NCBI GenBank assembly: GCA_001179505.1
Contig: CDMY01000698.1
Span: 231,137 to 295,136, forward strand
Reading direction: 5' to 3'
Length of the DNA: 64,000 bases
Origin: Vitrella brassicaformis CCMP3155
Taxonomy: Eukaryota; Protista; Chromerida
Below the pieces are notes generated by a model. That model made no database searches, was not told the DNA's origin, and saw only the letters and a list, made by a program, of their open reading frames with translations. This document shows positions 50,501-64,000 of this stretch, piece by piece. Within the stretch, counting starts at the first letter, position 1. Each line of letters opens with the position of its first letter. Position numbers and translations under genes: made by a program.

Positions 50501-53500
50501 GTCCGAACTGGCCATCGCGCAACTTGAGGAGGAAAAGGTCACCTCACGCCTGCACTGCACAAAACAAGGACACATGATGTGCCTGTCTGTTTGCAGGAGG
50601 AGCGGCGTCGCCGGAGCATCGACCACGAGATCGGCCCGATGACGCCCAAGAGCGACTTCTCTCCCAAGGGAGTGGGCGGCTCCTTCATCGATTATGAGTC
50701 GGAAGAAGAAGTGGCACCGCCACCACCACCCGCCAAGACCGCACCCAAAGCTAGGGGCAAGTCGACGCCTGCGGCAACGCCAAAGACGCCCAAGAGCATT
50801 CTGATGACCTCGTCACGGGTGAGTGACGTGGGCATGTAGGAAGGCACATATCGTCCATGTACTTTGGTGTCTCTGTCTGGCTCAGAGCGCATCGGCCAAG
50901 GCGGCCAAGCCTGGGCTGAGCATCCAGCTGCCGGGTGACCGTCGTCGGTCGTCGACCATGTCTCAGGGCAGCGTGACGTCCAAGAATTTCTCTGTGCCCG
51001 GGACGACACCAAAGGTCCCACCCGTCACGCCGAAGACACCCGGCAAAGCGCTGGGCACAGGGGTCAGCAGAGATGGCTATGGCTCTCTGCGACTTGTCTG
51101 TCGCACATACGTGTGTGTTAATGTGTGTTGCAGGATGAGGCTTTGAAGGATCAGCTGAAGGAGATGGAGGAGTACGCCAGAATGACAGAGGAACAACGGT
51201 CAGTGACAGTTGTTCAAAAGGGGCGGAGCACTCAGTCTCCTTCATCCATGTCGTCCTGCTGTGCATGTATCAGTCGGAAGCTGGAGAAGGAGTATCAGTC
51301 GCTCCAGTTCGCCTCCGTCGCTTTGAACGCGCAAGTGCAAAAGGTCAGTCTTTTTACTGCACTTGCTCACTCACGTGTGTCGCTATCGGCCTGGCTCGCT
51401 GGCTCACCAGATGAACGACCAGCTGGATGCAGCTGACGAGAGGAGGGAGAAGGAGCTCAACGAAATGCGGGAGACGTACGATGCACAACTACACACACAA
51501 AGGGGACGGCCGTCAGGCCTGGCCGGTCAGACGGGTCAGCCTTCCTGCCTGTCCTTCTCTTGGCATGAATCACACAGACTGGAGCGTGCCGTCCAAGAGG
51601 CCCAGGCGGCGTGCGACGCGGAGACGATCGAGAAGAAAAAAGCACGCAAGCTCGTGGAGAAGATGAAAGCCGAAACCGCCACGCTTTTTGTCAGAAACAA
51701 ACAAGCAAACAATCCTCTTTCCATCCACACCCACGCCTCCCTACGTTTCGTGTCATCAGAACAACTTCAAGGAGCTGCAGGGGCGCCTGCGTGCGTTGGA
51801 GCGGCTGGAGGAGACGCAGGGCCACCTGGTGCGGCGGCTTGAGGCGGAGCAGCTGCTTCGCCGTGCGAGGGAGGCGGAGTTGATGAAGCACCAGAAGGCA
51901 CTGCAGGAGGCGCAGAAGGCCGGAGGGACTGGCGCTGGCGTGGGCGAGCCTCCCGAGGCAGAGACCGGGAAAGAAGCCGAGCCAGAAAGGTACACACATC
52001 CATTTGAGAAGACATGCAATCAAACAGCAGGCATTACCTCTCGGCCCTCCTCTAGGCTTGAGGCGGGTTCTGGTGAGGCCGAGAGCGCGGCAGTGGCCGA
52101 GTTGGTTCGCATCGTGACCGGGGAGGAGCCGCAGCAGCGGCCTGAAGAAGAGGACGAGGAGGAGGTGGCGGCTGCGGCCGCTGAGGGGGAGGACGACTTC
52201 ACCAGACAGACCATGGTCAGCGTCAGGCGACTCGCTACCATGAAGGAGGAAGTGCGCAAGCTCAACGAGGTGAGGTAGTGATTGACGGCATCAACTGCAT
52301 GCGGCACTCACATGTGTGCATGTGTCTCCTCGTTTTGACTGGCATCAGAGCTTCCACGGTGGTTCTGCGCTGTCTCGCGCGGTGTCGCATCTGATGATGG
52401 CGGGCCGGGGCGAGGAGCAGCACATCACCATCATCGAGGACCTGAAGCGGCAGCTCAAGAGCCTCAAGGACGAAAACAGGCACCTCCTGGAAGAAGCGGT
52501 AAGCCCCCCGGACTCGCACTACACACGCGACGATGCAATTTCTTTTTCTCTTTTTCTGTCAGTCGTCCTTGCGGGAGCGTCTTGACGGCATCAGCACGAC
52601 ACCCTCAATTCGTAAGAGACACTTATCTGCATCATCGATGCAACTTCCTCATATGGCGCTTGTCATTCAGAGGCACTCGAGGAGAAGATCCGCAGTCTAC
52701 AGGCGATGAACAGCCGCAAGGAGGAACAGCTGAGGAGCCTCAGGTCGGAGTTCCGCGACCTCGTCAGGCAGATCGAGACGCTGCATGGCTCGTTCGCCGC
52801 CAGAGTGAGTCACCTTAGGGAGCAGATCCCGAAAGAAGGGATGCAGCCACGGTCAGCATAATAAGTGCAAGGACCTGAATGATGCGTGCCACGCTTCATG
52901 TGTGGATGTGTGGATGTGTATGCAGGCCTCCGGCTCGTCTGGTGTCCCGTCCTCCTATTCATCCTCAGACAGCCCGACGCCCACCTGTCCCACCGATCGA
53001 CCTACACCTGGTCGCTGTGGCGAGGTGCGCAAGACACACACGCCCTTGCGTCCATCGATCAATTTGCTCGCCGTTGCCACGTACCCGATGTGTGTGTCGT
53101 CTCTCTCATGTGTTAGAGAGGTCCGTCTGCCACAGCTGCCTCCCTCCCGAGAGGAGGAGCCTGTCCCTGCCCCTGTCCCTGCCCCGCTGTCAGCTCCGCC
53201 CGACGTTGCCGCGTTTGTGTCGGTGAGCGCCCCCATGTCCCCACGGGCAGCACCTGGAGCACGGGCTCACCGTGCTGTGTCGGCGCCACCAAGATCGTTC
53301 GGCATCGGAAGGTTGCCGCCGGGAACCATCATGAAACAGGTGAGCGGGTGAATACGCGTAAAACAGGCACCGCACCTGACACTTGTCGTGGATGGACGCG
53401 TGCCTGGTTGCAGACGGAGTTGTGGATTCACCGATGGCTGGACACGATGCACTATCGCTCCGAACAGCTTCGCAAGTTTGTGGATGACCACTCACCGCCC

Positions 53501-54295
53501 CCCAGCCACCGATCACACCACCCACCCGTCCCGCCGATGGACCTCTCGCAACCCATTCCCGCACATACACAAACACTCCCCGCCATCCCTTCCCTCAGCC
53601 CCCCTCGGGTGCTGCCGGTCCGGCCGCCTATCCACCACATGCTGTCGCCCTGCCCCGAGTCACATTATGCCAGCACTCTGCAGTCCGCCACGCCATCCTT
53701 CGCCACACCGCAGAGGCACGAGCCCATTCCGCTTATGCCCGAAGTGTCTGATGGGCTGCTGCATGGTCTTCAGGGCGTCAAGGAGGAGAGGAAGCGGGGA
53801 CGGAATGGCGAGTTCCTCCTGTCGGCGTGCTGCGATGGTAGCAACAACAACATGTCCGTTTCTCAGCTCAACGGCGCGAGTGCCAGCTGTGCGCCTTGCC
53901 TGCTCTGCCAGAAGGACACCAGCAGCAGAAAGGGGCCACCCGTGCCGCCTCTCCGCCTCCCACCGCTCCCGCCTCTCAATCGCACGGCGGCATCCATGCT
54001 CTCGCCACGATCAGCTAACCGAGACACGACACTGACTGACACCAATGGCAACGGCCTCGTACGTCATCTGGTGTCGCCCCGTGTCAGCGGATTCGCTGCT
54101 GGAGGCGAGAACAACTACTCATCCGGACAAGATACGACAGCCCGCCCGGTTCCTGCGCAGCAGCCGGTCGCAGCGTGGCGTCCCAGTCCAGCACCACCAC
54201 CGATTCATATGGCACAGCTGTTCCAGGCGCCAAACGTCAGTTTGACACTCCACAGACCGCCCCCTTTCATGAGCCCCGCAGGGACAAACGCATGA
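47595..54295 (+). CDS. Large low-complexity/coiled-coil protein (Ser/Pro-rich N-terminus, long heptad region, Pro-rich C-terminus), many exons
   Basis: ATG 47595 (MSGRAAGSQRSS); exons such as QQQQFEELTTQLDEAQ, EKLEELNRLKNALDAERK, ENRRLRRTVQNLETELVDLQARL, LEKEYQSLQFASVALNAQVQK, FKELQGRLRALERLEE; final exon ends GTNA* at 54295. No specific family recognised. Confidence 0.7.
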
Positions 54296-54793
54296 ACGGC
54301 ACCGGCCAACTCACGGGAGTGAGGCCATGGGAGCGAGGCTATGGGAGTGAAGGAGTGTTCAATACCGCCATCCACACATTCGTGGTGACTGACTTGTGGT
54401 TTTCCTGAAATGAAGTGGTGCACGGGTGGTCGGCACGATATGTTTATTTTTCCTGCTGCATGTGTCGGTCTGTTTTCATGAGTGGTCGGTCCAACGATGT
54501 ATCAAGCGGGGAGCTGCGTCTCACGTGGGGATACCAGACATCAATGACATCGTTTGCCAAATCAGGGTGTTTTCTTCCTCAATCAATCACTTGCTGCCAC
54601 CCACCCAATGTCTCGCTTTTTGGTTGGCCAGGATCCCCCCCAAATTTACGTATGTGTACGGGAAACCGCTGAACCAAAAACATGCGGTCTTTCGTTGCGG
54701 TCTCGCGGTGGCGGTGCACGGAGTTCGGCTGTTTTGGTCTCGCCTGAGCTTCGCCAGCTCATCGAGCCCAAAACAAAGCAGGTGAAAGCCAAA

Positions 54794-57265
54794 ATGGCTG
54801 TTCTGACGCGGCCCCTTATCCTCATCCCTCTCGCCGTCTTTGGCGTCGGCCTCTTCGAATTCGCTCTCGACGCCCTTGAGCTCTACCCAGCATTCCTTCA
54901 CAAGAAAGCGGTCTCAGCGTCCCTGCACAAATTGTTTCGGAGCGTAATGAGCGGAGGCACGACGGACGCTGCGCCAGCAGCAGAAGCGGAGGAACGAGAG
55001 GACTTCGCTGACCTTGAAGCGCTGGAGAGCAAGATGGAGGTTCCCTTTTTCGTCTACGAGACGCCCGCGCTGATGGAGATGTACAACAGGTGTCAGGGGC
55101 CGGCAAGGGCAATCCTCGAAGGCTCATGGCCTCGATATGCCAACCATGGGATCAAGAAGAAGATAGGTACGGAAGGTTGCCGACCAGTCGTATCAACCTG
55201 TCGTATGTGGTGGTGCAGGGGAGATCTTCTGGCTGGACCAGTTGTGGAATGACACGTGGCGCACACTTGACCCCGAGAAGGCCCTCGTGTATGTCCTCCC
55301 AATCTATCCAGGTGCGTCCGTGTCGAGCAGAGAGGCAATGGAGAGGCCGCTCGAATGGCTTGGTGTGTTGCAGCGCTCTTGTTCCAGCAGCTTTGCGTGG
55401 GCATTGGACGACAGAAAACTCACGAACTGGCCACTCGAGCCGTCCACGAAGTGAGCTTGGAGGCGTGGATACATCACGACCTGCAGGGTCCTATTCAAGT
55501 GTGTTCACACACATTTCAGGTCACGGCAATGCCCTACTTTTACCGCCACGGCGGCCTCGATCATGTCGTTATCGTAAGCAAGGAGAGAGAGGCACGCAGA
55601 AGCACGTCCGCACACCGTCTGGCTGTCACTCAATGTTTAGGGGACGGACTGGCGGCTTCGTCCAGACATGGAACGGCTTTTCGGGCCGACATTTTATGCC
55701 TTCGTGGGGAACATCACGTGGGGACGATCCAAGACATTGGACAGTCAGTAGCCAATGGTTGGCTTCGGTGTGTGGACACATCTCCTTTGTGGCCTTGTCT
55801 GTTTGTCTGCAGAGGGCCTGCCGTGGCGATGCGGTGTTAACGTGCCACACACGTGGGAAAACAGATAGACCGGCCCAGCTGGCTGCCACGGGTGATTGGA
55901 TCGATGGGCCCGCGTATGTGTCGGTGTGTGTAGTTCTGCCATGACCCACGTGCAGAAGGCATACGAGCCCTTTGAGAAGGAGAGTTTGCTGCAGCGCGGC
56001 TTCATTGCCCCCAAAGATGTGCTTGAAGACGACCGGCTGGACACCGCTTTCGACCCCCCGTCGCGACGTGATTGGTTCGCGAGAGACTACAGCATGTTCT
56101 TCCAGGGTAAGCGAGTGGAATGGGGCAGAGCGGACGGTTCTGTCTTCTCATTCATGCGGTCTCGTGTTGTGTCCATCCATCTACCGATTGGTGAATGTAG
56201 GGCAGGTGGACACTCGCAATGGATATCGCTACCGTCGTCTGGGATTGCAGCATCTCGCCGGCTGGCGGCTCAGGCCTAACACAAGCTCCAACGTCCTGGT
56301 CTCCTCGTCCAAGCCCATGACCTATCAAGTGCTGGACGCAGACGGCAAAGGGCGAAGAGAGCAAATTCCTTCCTGCCCGCGCGAAGACGGCATCAACACG
56401 GAGGCCTTTGGCGTGAGGATGGGCAAGTTCGAGCGGTGCTGTGGGCGGGTGACTTCGGATGAAGGAAAAGGGGCTGGCCGGCACAGAGGCAAGCAAATAG
56501 ATCGTGAAAAGTATACGACGGCCACGTTTCTACATCGGCTGGGCAACTCAAAGCTCAATCTTTGCTTCCGGGGCGACGATGTGACGAGCAACCGGTTATT
56601 CGACGGGCTTTGGACGCGGACTCTCAACGTGCTCATCACCGAGACAGAGGAGATGTTCAAGACTGGGGTCCCGTTCCAATGTGAGATTCCATGGAGGTCA
56701 GTGGGTGGGTGAGTGGGTGAGGAAGGAGGACAGGAAGAAGGCAGGCACATGCACACTAATTGTGTGCCAATGCCTGCTGTGTATGAATGTTTTCGTGTAG
56801 GAATTTCACCTATGGGATCGACGGCTCTGACTTCGCTCGGTCCCCTCGCGACTCCCTCACTCCCTTACTGCGAGAGGTCTACGACGATCCTGCGGCGGTG
56901 AGGGAGAGGCTGCGACTCCAAGACTACTACAGCAGGAAGGCGCTCTGGAATGCGCCGGGCAGCACCACAGCCCGGAGCACCCTGCGGGCGGTGACGCGGC
57001 AGTGCCTCACCGACGAGATGAAGATCGACTTCATAAAGAGGACAGAGGGAAACGGTGAGTGAGTGAGAGTCAGTGAGACACACACAGCAAGAGACACGGA
57101 CAGGTGGAAGTGCGTCTTCGATGTGTGTGTCTGTGTATGTGTGTGTCTGTCTTCGCAGGGAGGATGGGCGACCCTCGACGCCATCCGCTGTTCGCGCCGT
57201 GTGTCTTTCCGGACGATTTGGCGAAGCTGGAGGAGCAGAGGGCCTACGAGGCTTTCCATCAGTAG
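54794..57265 (+). CDS. Exostosin-family (GT47) glycosyltransferase, copy 2 (paralog of 17239-19656)
   Basis: Same exon structure and motifs: MAVLTRPLILIPLAVFGVGLF anchor, WRTLDPEKALVYVLPIYP, MPYFYRHGGLDHVV, RDYSMFFQG, NSKLNLCFRGDDVTSNRLFDGL; ends YEAFHQ* (TAG 57263-57265). Confidence 0.87.
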
Positions 57266-58136
57266 AGTGTGCGTGAGTTGTGTGATGTGACTAATGTGTA
57301 TATGTAGGCAGTGTGCGTTGTATTCTGCAGATTTATTTGTCTTGTGTTCATGCGCTTCCTGACTTGGCTGTCCATGCATTGCAATGCGTCGATGGAAATG
57401 ATGGGTGGATGCGATGCGATGCGTGGATGGAGGGAGGGAACGAATTTTGTTAGTGAGGGGACAAAGCACAGGGGAGTGGGCGGGTAGAAGCAGAGGAGTA
57501 CGATGTATGCTCTGTCCTTAAGACGTGCAAAAACGATGCACACTTGTCCCTGTTTCACAAAATGTCCATATGAGATGAATGCATTGGAAACAAACGGACA
57601 ATCTCTGCTTGCGTGTTCTTTGTTTACCAGCCGGCTGACAACCGTGTGCGGCAAGTGAGAGGATTGAGTAGTCGATTTCATTCCATCAGAGGTCCTCGCT
57701 CAAGATAACGTATTGGTCTGTCTGGATAAATAAATATATATGGCGGCATGCACATGGACACGCACACGGACATGCAGCGAGCAGTGTGTGGACGCACATG
57801 CATATGGTCGGACGCATGCAAGGCAGCCAATACGTACACACGCAGACACATACATAAAGGGGCAGACATACACAGACGTTGGTATGTATGTGTGTGTGTA
57901 TGCAATGGAGCGAATGACAGACAAAAACGGCCGCATGGTACGAAAGGACCTAATTGAGGCACTGACTCACACGACAAGATGCCTGCGCTGTGTACGGCTT
58001 TGCTCGATACGCCACACAGAATAGAGACCCTCACCCTTCCCCACTCATATGACCATCCTTTCCCAATATCGATCCAACCACGACGAAGCACACACGCGAA
58101 AGCATTCCTCCACACGTCCATCGAACAGTCAGTGAG

Positions 58137-61100
58137 TCACTTGAACGGTCTGGCCACCCACTTGATGCAATCATCCACGGTGCCAGCGAACTCCACCTTG
58201 GCCTTGCAGTGCTCGCACGTGTACTCGGGCTCGTCCAGCAGCTTGACCAGCGAGATCTGCTCGTCCTGGCTGCGGGTCTCGTTCAGTCTCCTGGCGACCT
58301 CGTTCTCATCGCGACGGCGGTCGTTCTCCGCCTTGACTCGGCTGAGCTCCCGCTGCCAGGCGGCCTTGCGGTCCGCATAGCAGCGGGGACACACACGCAT
58401 GTGTCTGCAGGGGACGTACATGATGGTCGCCTGGCCGTGCTCCCCAAAACACATGTCGCAGTCGTCATAATCCCCACCGTCATGATGCTGCTGCTGGTGC
58501 TGGTGGTGGTGCATTGTTGGGTTGGCTGATGTGGATAGTTGAGGGTGGGCGAATGAAGAGGAGGGGGGCGGGGGGGCCGACGAACTGCTGGACGAAGGTT
58601 GGTGCTGCTGGTGGTGGTGGGATGACTGCTGCGCGGCCATTTTGGCAATCCTGATGAGAGCAAGAGAGACAGATCGATGCAGACGAAGCCGAGGCCCCCC
58701 ATTGCTTTCCTTACGTCCATTGCGCCTCTTGCAGCTGGCGTATTAGCGCCTCCTCATTCCGCTTGGCCTTCTGTTCCTTCTGTTTGGCCTCCTGCAACTC
58801 CCGAGCCCTTCGCTTGGCCTCTTCCTGAGTATGCTCGAGTTGGCGGCAGAGCTGATCGAAGAGCTCCTCACTCCCAGACGCATCGCCACCCATCACCGCA
58901 CCAGACCTTCACACAAACACGCAGCGGCGAAGGAAAAGAGTGATACGTGCTGTCCGTTTCCTCTCTGCCTGCCTTTGTGTACCCTATGGATGTCCCGCCA
59001 TTGCCGCCCTCCACCGTTCCGGCCGTCTGGGTCGCAGCGAAGGGGTCGGCTGCGCTGCTCGATGATGGTGGCTGGTACCCTTCCTCCTCATACTCAAATA
59101 TGGGCGGCAGGGGCGGCACATACATGTCGTCATCATCACCACTGTCGTAGCCATAGAACGGGTCAGCCGACAAGCCACCACCACCAGAGCCACTGGCACC
59201 ACCACCACCACCATTAGCAGCCGCAGCAGCTGGGGCTGGGCTAGACGGGAAGGGATGAGGGAAATTGAACGGATGTCGTGGGCCGCCATTGTAGCTGACA
59301 GGGAGAGGGGAGCCGATAGGATGGAAACCACTGCACAGCACAGCATTCAAGGAGAAGTTCATAGAAGCGTTGCTGACAGACAGACAGATAGACAGACATC
59401 ATGCCCGTGTTACCTTTGATCGATCTGTGGGTATGGTGGGGGCGGCGGTGGAAGGGCCGGCGGGGGCGGCACACAGTACATTTCGTTGCCCTCACTGTCG
59501 TAGAACGGATCAGCCGACAGCCCCCCACCGCCATGACCGCCAGCAGCGGCAGCAGCAGCCGGTGGTGCGGGCCCGACAGGCGCATGAGCGAAGAAGGGAC
59601 TCAGCGAAGGGCCAGCAGTAGACAGACTGTAGACACAGCAGGAGAGAAGACATCATTGCGATCACATCACGACATTCGTTGTCTGCGACCATCTCACCTC
59701 GGCCTCTCCTCACGTGCCGGCTGCTGTTGGTCGTCTTGTCCAGTGTGCTGCAGCGATGGCCTGGTGCGCAGCTCCTCAGCCGACGGGAGTCCTGGGCGGG
59801 GGATAGAGGGAAGCGGGGGCGGCTGGTGGGCAAACATCGTCATGAGGCCCCTCCCCGCCCCACGACCTCCCACCGGCCGACAAGGAGGCGACTCCGATCT
59901 GGACGGGCTTCCGTCATCGGATATCTCCTGAGGCCTCCTGGAGGGGCCCTTTGGCGAAGCGGGGATACCACGTGGCAGAGAGGGCTTGACAGGACCCTTG
60001 GAGGATGGACCACTCGAAGAGGAAATCGGGGCGGCGGGGACGGGCGCAGGTGGGTGGCTGGAGCTGCCCAGACGAGACGAATCGGACTGAACCGTGTTGG
60101 GGAACTGCGTCCGCATAGCTGCGTTGCCGTGGCGAGAATTGTCTTGGCCGACAGCCGCTCCTCTTGTGCTGACTGTGGGTGGATAGAAGGAGCGGGAGGG
60201 CTGGCTGGGACGACAAGCGGGCGTCGGGGTGGGCTTGGTGCTGTGTTTGGATTTGGTCTTCTTCTCGCTTTCAGCCTTCTTCTGTCGGGCATGTAGTCCG
60301 AATGCCGAGTTGAGCAGCATAGCGTCGCCGTCCTCATCATCGCTGTCGTCACTTTCATCAGCCGCCGACTCCGCCGCACCACCACCATAACCAGGCAGGT
60401 CGCTGCCCGCAGCGGCTGAGACGCTGCCCGCAGCGGCTGAGACGGACGGCACATCAAGCGCACCAGACCTGCAAAGAAAAGGATCGACACGCTCACAGAG
60501 GAAGCGAATCTGTCAGGGCATTTCGTCAACTGGGGGGATTGCTCACGTGTCGGCGATGGACGAAGAGGGTCCCGGCAGATCCGCTGCAACCTCGTCCGCA
60601 GCAGAAGCCCGACTACACCTAGACACACCACACACATGAGGTAAACAGTTCCTTCAGCCATGCACCATAGTGAGTGGATGGCTTCCCTACCTGGTGGATG
60701 CGGTAGTGGAGGGCACCGATGGCTCCATGATCGGATCAAAGGGGCTCGCCTCATCCCCACCTCCATGACCCTCCTGCTGCTGCTGCTGCTGTCTCTTGTT
60801 GGACTTGCCGCCCTTGTTGCCCTTTCCTTTGTTAGCCTTCTGGTCCTCTCTGGCCTTTGCCTCCTTCTCGCGTCGCTTCTCCGCGAGGAGAACGTCTTGC
60901 ATCCGCTTCGCCTTGGCCTCCTGGGCCGCCAACTCGGCGGCTGAGATGGCTGTCTTGGGTTGGGCCTTGGTATCCTTGTGGTGCTGCTGGGCCAGGGCAT
61001 CGAAGAAATCCGACACCTGTGGCAGAGAGATGTGAAGATGAGAGCCTCGTGCTGTGCAGGAGTGTTGCTCACCTGTTGTGAGACCCCGCTGGTGCGTTCA

Positions 61101-64000
61101 CGCATCGCGTTGACCGACTCGAACTGACACGGCGGCACACAGACAGTCAGAAAGGCAAAGCACACACGACCCTCGGCGTAGCTACCTGCAGTATCTGTCC
61201 GACGATGGGGTTCGGTGCTCTTTTGGCGACCAGCGACTTGCCATAGCTGCCACACATGACACAGCGACAAACAGACACAGTCAATGATGCGTCGGACCTC
61301 CCTGTCTGCAGCTCATGGCTGACCTGACGATGCTCCTGAGAATGTCGACAGCCGTCTTGCGGTCAGTGTCGTGGAAGACGTCTGCGACACCGAGCTGTCT
61401 TTTGGCGTCCTTGAGGAGCATGTCACACATCGCCTGTGCGAGTCCATCGGTCCCCAACACCTACAGACACACAAACAAACGCACCACTACAGCTCTCTCG
61501 TCCAAATGAGATGGGATGGGAGGTCACCTTCCGATGCTTCTGACTGAGGGCATTCAAAGAGGTCATGCAGAAGGCCAACAGATTCGTTCCGATCCTCTCG
61601 GCCCTCTCAAAGAAGAGGGTCAGACAAGAGACGAATCTCGACTCGATCAGAAGGCCAGCGTCCCCACCATCTGCACACACACACACGCATGGTTGAAGAA
61701 GCCCGGGAGATGAGTCGCCTGTCTGACGGACGTACCTATCATGGCCATGGCTGGGGTGACCACAGCAGTCGTGATGCAATCTGCCAAGGAGCCCGTTGGA
61801 TCCTTGTACACTCTGTAGTCCATGTACAACGCGGTGGCCACCCGATCAGGCAGTGAGGCATCCAGGACGAGGGCACGAAGCGGCTGCATCGGGGGCGGGG
61901 CAGCAGCGAGTGTTTTCATAATCCCGGCTTGCTCGATGTACTTGCCGAAGGCCTCTGACTGCAAAGGTCCACCTGCACACACAAATACATGTTTACCCCA
62001 CAGGTATCAGTCTCCTTCACCTCCTACCTTTCTTCTTTCGGATGCAGAGGACGAGAGCGGCCTGGAAAAGAGCTCCAACTGTGGGGATTGCCACGAAGCC
62101 CAGGGAAGAGGAAGGATCGGACGCCGCGACGCGTTCCAGCAGCGTGTCCATTTGAGCGTAGACGTGAGTGTTGAGAGCCGCTTTGATGACTGGCCACTCC
62201 TCCACAATGCCTGCCAAAAGAAAGGACAGCAGCCTCGTCCAGAGAACGCATCCACCTGTACTTTTCTGACCTTCTCGAAGAGATTCCCACAGGTAGTCTG
62301 CAGCCCACATCAGTGGCAGTACTAAGAGCCTCGTCCTCGCTGATGGCTCATCTCGCAGCTGCTTCAGGCTCTCGACGAAAATGGAGAAGGACTCGAGCAC
62401 GACCGAAGGGATGGGGCCGAAGAGGCTGGGCGTGAAGAGCACATGCAGCAAAGGGACGGCCTCGTCAGCCACTACTCGATGTCTGTACTCGCGGATAATC
62501 GCCAACACCTGCCGGAGGGTCGTCTAGTGCGTCTGAAGGAAGGCCACGCGGAGCTGTAGCCTTCGTGCCTCATCGAGTGTGACGGCCTCTTGCAGAGCGG
62601 CTGTGATCACGCAGAGTCTCATATACGTGACTTCGTCCGCTGTCGAGGGGACAGGCTCGCCGCCTGACGATGCCGCGATGATAGCAGACGCGACGAAGCT
62701 GTCGACCTCCGCGCCCAGGTCGCCTCCCACTCCTCCCTCCGAGGACAGATCCTCCCTCGTCCACGTCACGATATCGAAGATGTCCTGGACGGCCGACACA
62801 CGATCAGAAGGGCCCATCTCAGACAAAAAGGTACTGCGGACGAGGCAATACAGCACGTTAGCGGCCGCCAGCTGACATTTCTCGTTTCCGCTATCCACCA
62901 GGCGCATCAAGAGGCGACGGAAAAGCTCCTTCTCTTTTCCGAACCGCACGGCCAGCCGCTTGACGAATGCACTCGTCACACGGTCAGCGATGGCTTTGGC
63001 TGCCGAGGTGAACGTTTCGATATCGTCAGATAGCAGGCCGTCCACCAGCGCATCGGTGTCGACGGGTGATGAGGGCTGCGGCGAGGGGGAGCAGGGCGGC
63101 GAAGGAGGCCCTGACGCCGAATGGATGTGCGCGGTTGTCTTGTGCTTGGCTGGGCGGTGCGATCGGTCCGGTGCGGCTGAGCTGCTGCACACTTTGACCG
63201 TCTTTGGGAGCGACTGGATGAATGACGTCACCTGAACAAAAAGGCCGGAGGGAATCAGAGAGGCATCTGTGCATCCATCGACTCATCTTGTTCGGTCGTG
63301 TGGTTTCGTTGGCTGCGTCGCTCACCTCTGTCGGCAGGTCGCGACGGCGTCTCAGCTGCTGTATCGCCTCGCACTGGCAACAAACCACACAGGTAGACAC
63401 GGACACGTCGCGATCGTCCTCATCGGTGCTCACCTGAACGATTTGGTCGACGAATGGGTTGCTGGTCGCCTTGCCCTCAGTGACCAACTCATCACCAACA
63501 CTACAGGACGGTCCACGACATTCACATACATGCAGCATTTGGCAGCCACCAATGCACCCTGCCGCTCTCCCGCTCACTTGATCATCTGCTGCAGAAGCTT
63601 TACGATAGCGACGACGAGTAATCGCTGGCCGGCATCAGCTGTGTGTGCAGCCACAGTTTCGGCCAATAGCTGGCAGACAGCTTCTACCAGTCGATGGCCT
63701 GCGTCGATGTCGCCCGATTCTGTGCAGGGAAACACAGCGCACTCCCAAGTCTATCTCACATGCCAGTTTGTGTCCCGTCCTGCGCCTCTCTTCCTCTCAT
63801 CCTGCCTGACCTGTAACTGATCCTGCCGGTATCTCCAAGCAGAAGAGCATTGTGGCAACATTCATCTTACCCCCCATGATTGAGTTGGTGATTTCTCGGC
63901 TGTTTCTCCTCCTTTTCGGATGAGCGAGCGTGTATCGGACTACACCCAACCCCCTCCACCTACCCTCATCCCGCGAGACGGCGGCGGGCCCCCCTGTTGC
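58137..64000 (-). pseudogene. Helical-repeat/coiled-coil/RING gene, copy 2 (5' end beyond window); premature TAG
   Basis: Exon-by-exon paralog of 9485-16337; RING intact (CDMC...PCRHMRVCPRC...CEHC) but CAA(Gln) of copy 1 corresponds to in-frame TAG at 62524-62526 (AFLQTH*TTLRQVL). Confidence 0.72.
60401..60442 (-). repeat. 21-bp in-frame tandem duplication (SVSAAAG x2), specific to RING-gene copy 2
   Basis: cgctgcccgcagcggctgaga occurs twice back to back; single in copy 1. Confidence 0.85.

Larger units (their letters stand above)
54794..63730 (-). repeat. Right arm of ~9 kb inverted segmental duplication
   Basis: Reverse complement aligns to 10840-19656; similarity fades at the GT47 start codon and near EAVCQLLAE (vs EALCRLLLE) at ~63.7 kb. 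Confidence 0.92.

Noticed and set aside
62524-62526. TAG-to-Gln code reassignment as in ciliates
   Set aside because: TAG terminates DHFR-TS and both GT47 copies at the expected ends, and no other in-frame TAG appears in the conserved genes I traced.

Overview
Intron-rich, GC-rich eukaryotic genomic DNA with microsatellite-filled introns and three 300-N scaffold gaps. A bifunctional DHFR-TS, a double-AP2 (ApiAP2-type) factor, proteins with signal+transit-like leaders and (TG)n-rich introns point to a photosynthetic apicomplexan relative, most likely a chromerid such as Vitrella (inference). I spliced the genes by hand. In order: SHOC1/Zip2-like meiotic protein (5'-partial), NhaC-family antiporter, a disabled helical-repeat/RING gene, GT47 exostosin-type glycosyltransferase, an orphan ORF, ZIP/ZupT transporter, DHFR-TS, a coiled-coil protein, a qRRM+S1 RNA-binding protein, ApiAP2, a CS-domain protein, an AIM6-like PLC/GDPD-fold phosphodiesterase, a large coiled-coil protein, then an inverted second copy of the GT47 + RING gene pair. 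Main structural signals: (1) a ~9 kb inverted segmental duplication (~10.8-19.7 kb vs ~54.8-63.7 kb) bracketing 35 kb of single-copy genes, with GT47 apparently intact in both arms, the RING gene disabled by different lesions in each arm, and a 124-bp tract of perfect identity; (2) strict +/- alternation of the first 13 genes with short head-to-head spacers, broken only at the duplication junction; (3) a candidate GA-AG intron in DHFR-TS. No rRNA, tRNA, CRISPR array or transposase was recognised. Family assignments rest on remembered motifs, not database searches, and exon boundaries are manual.
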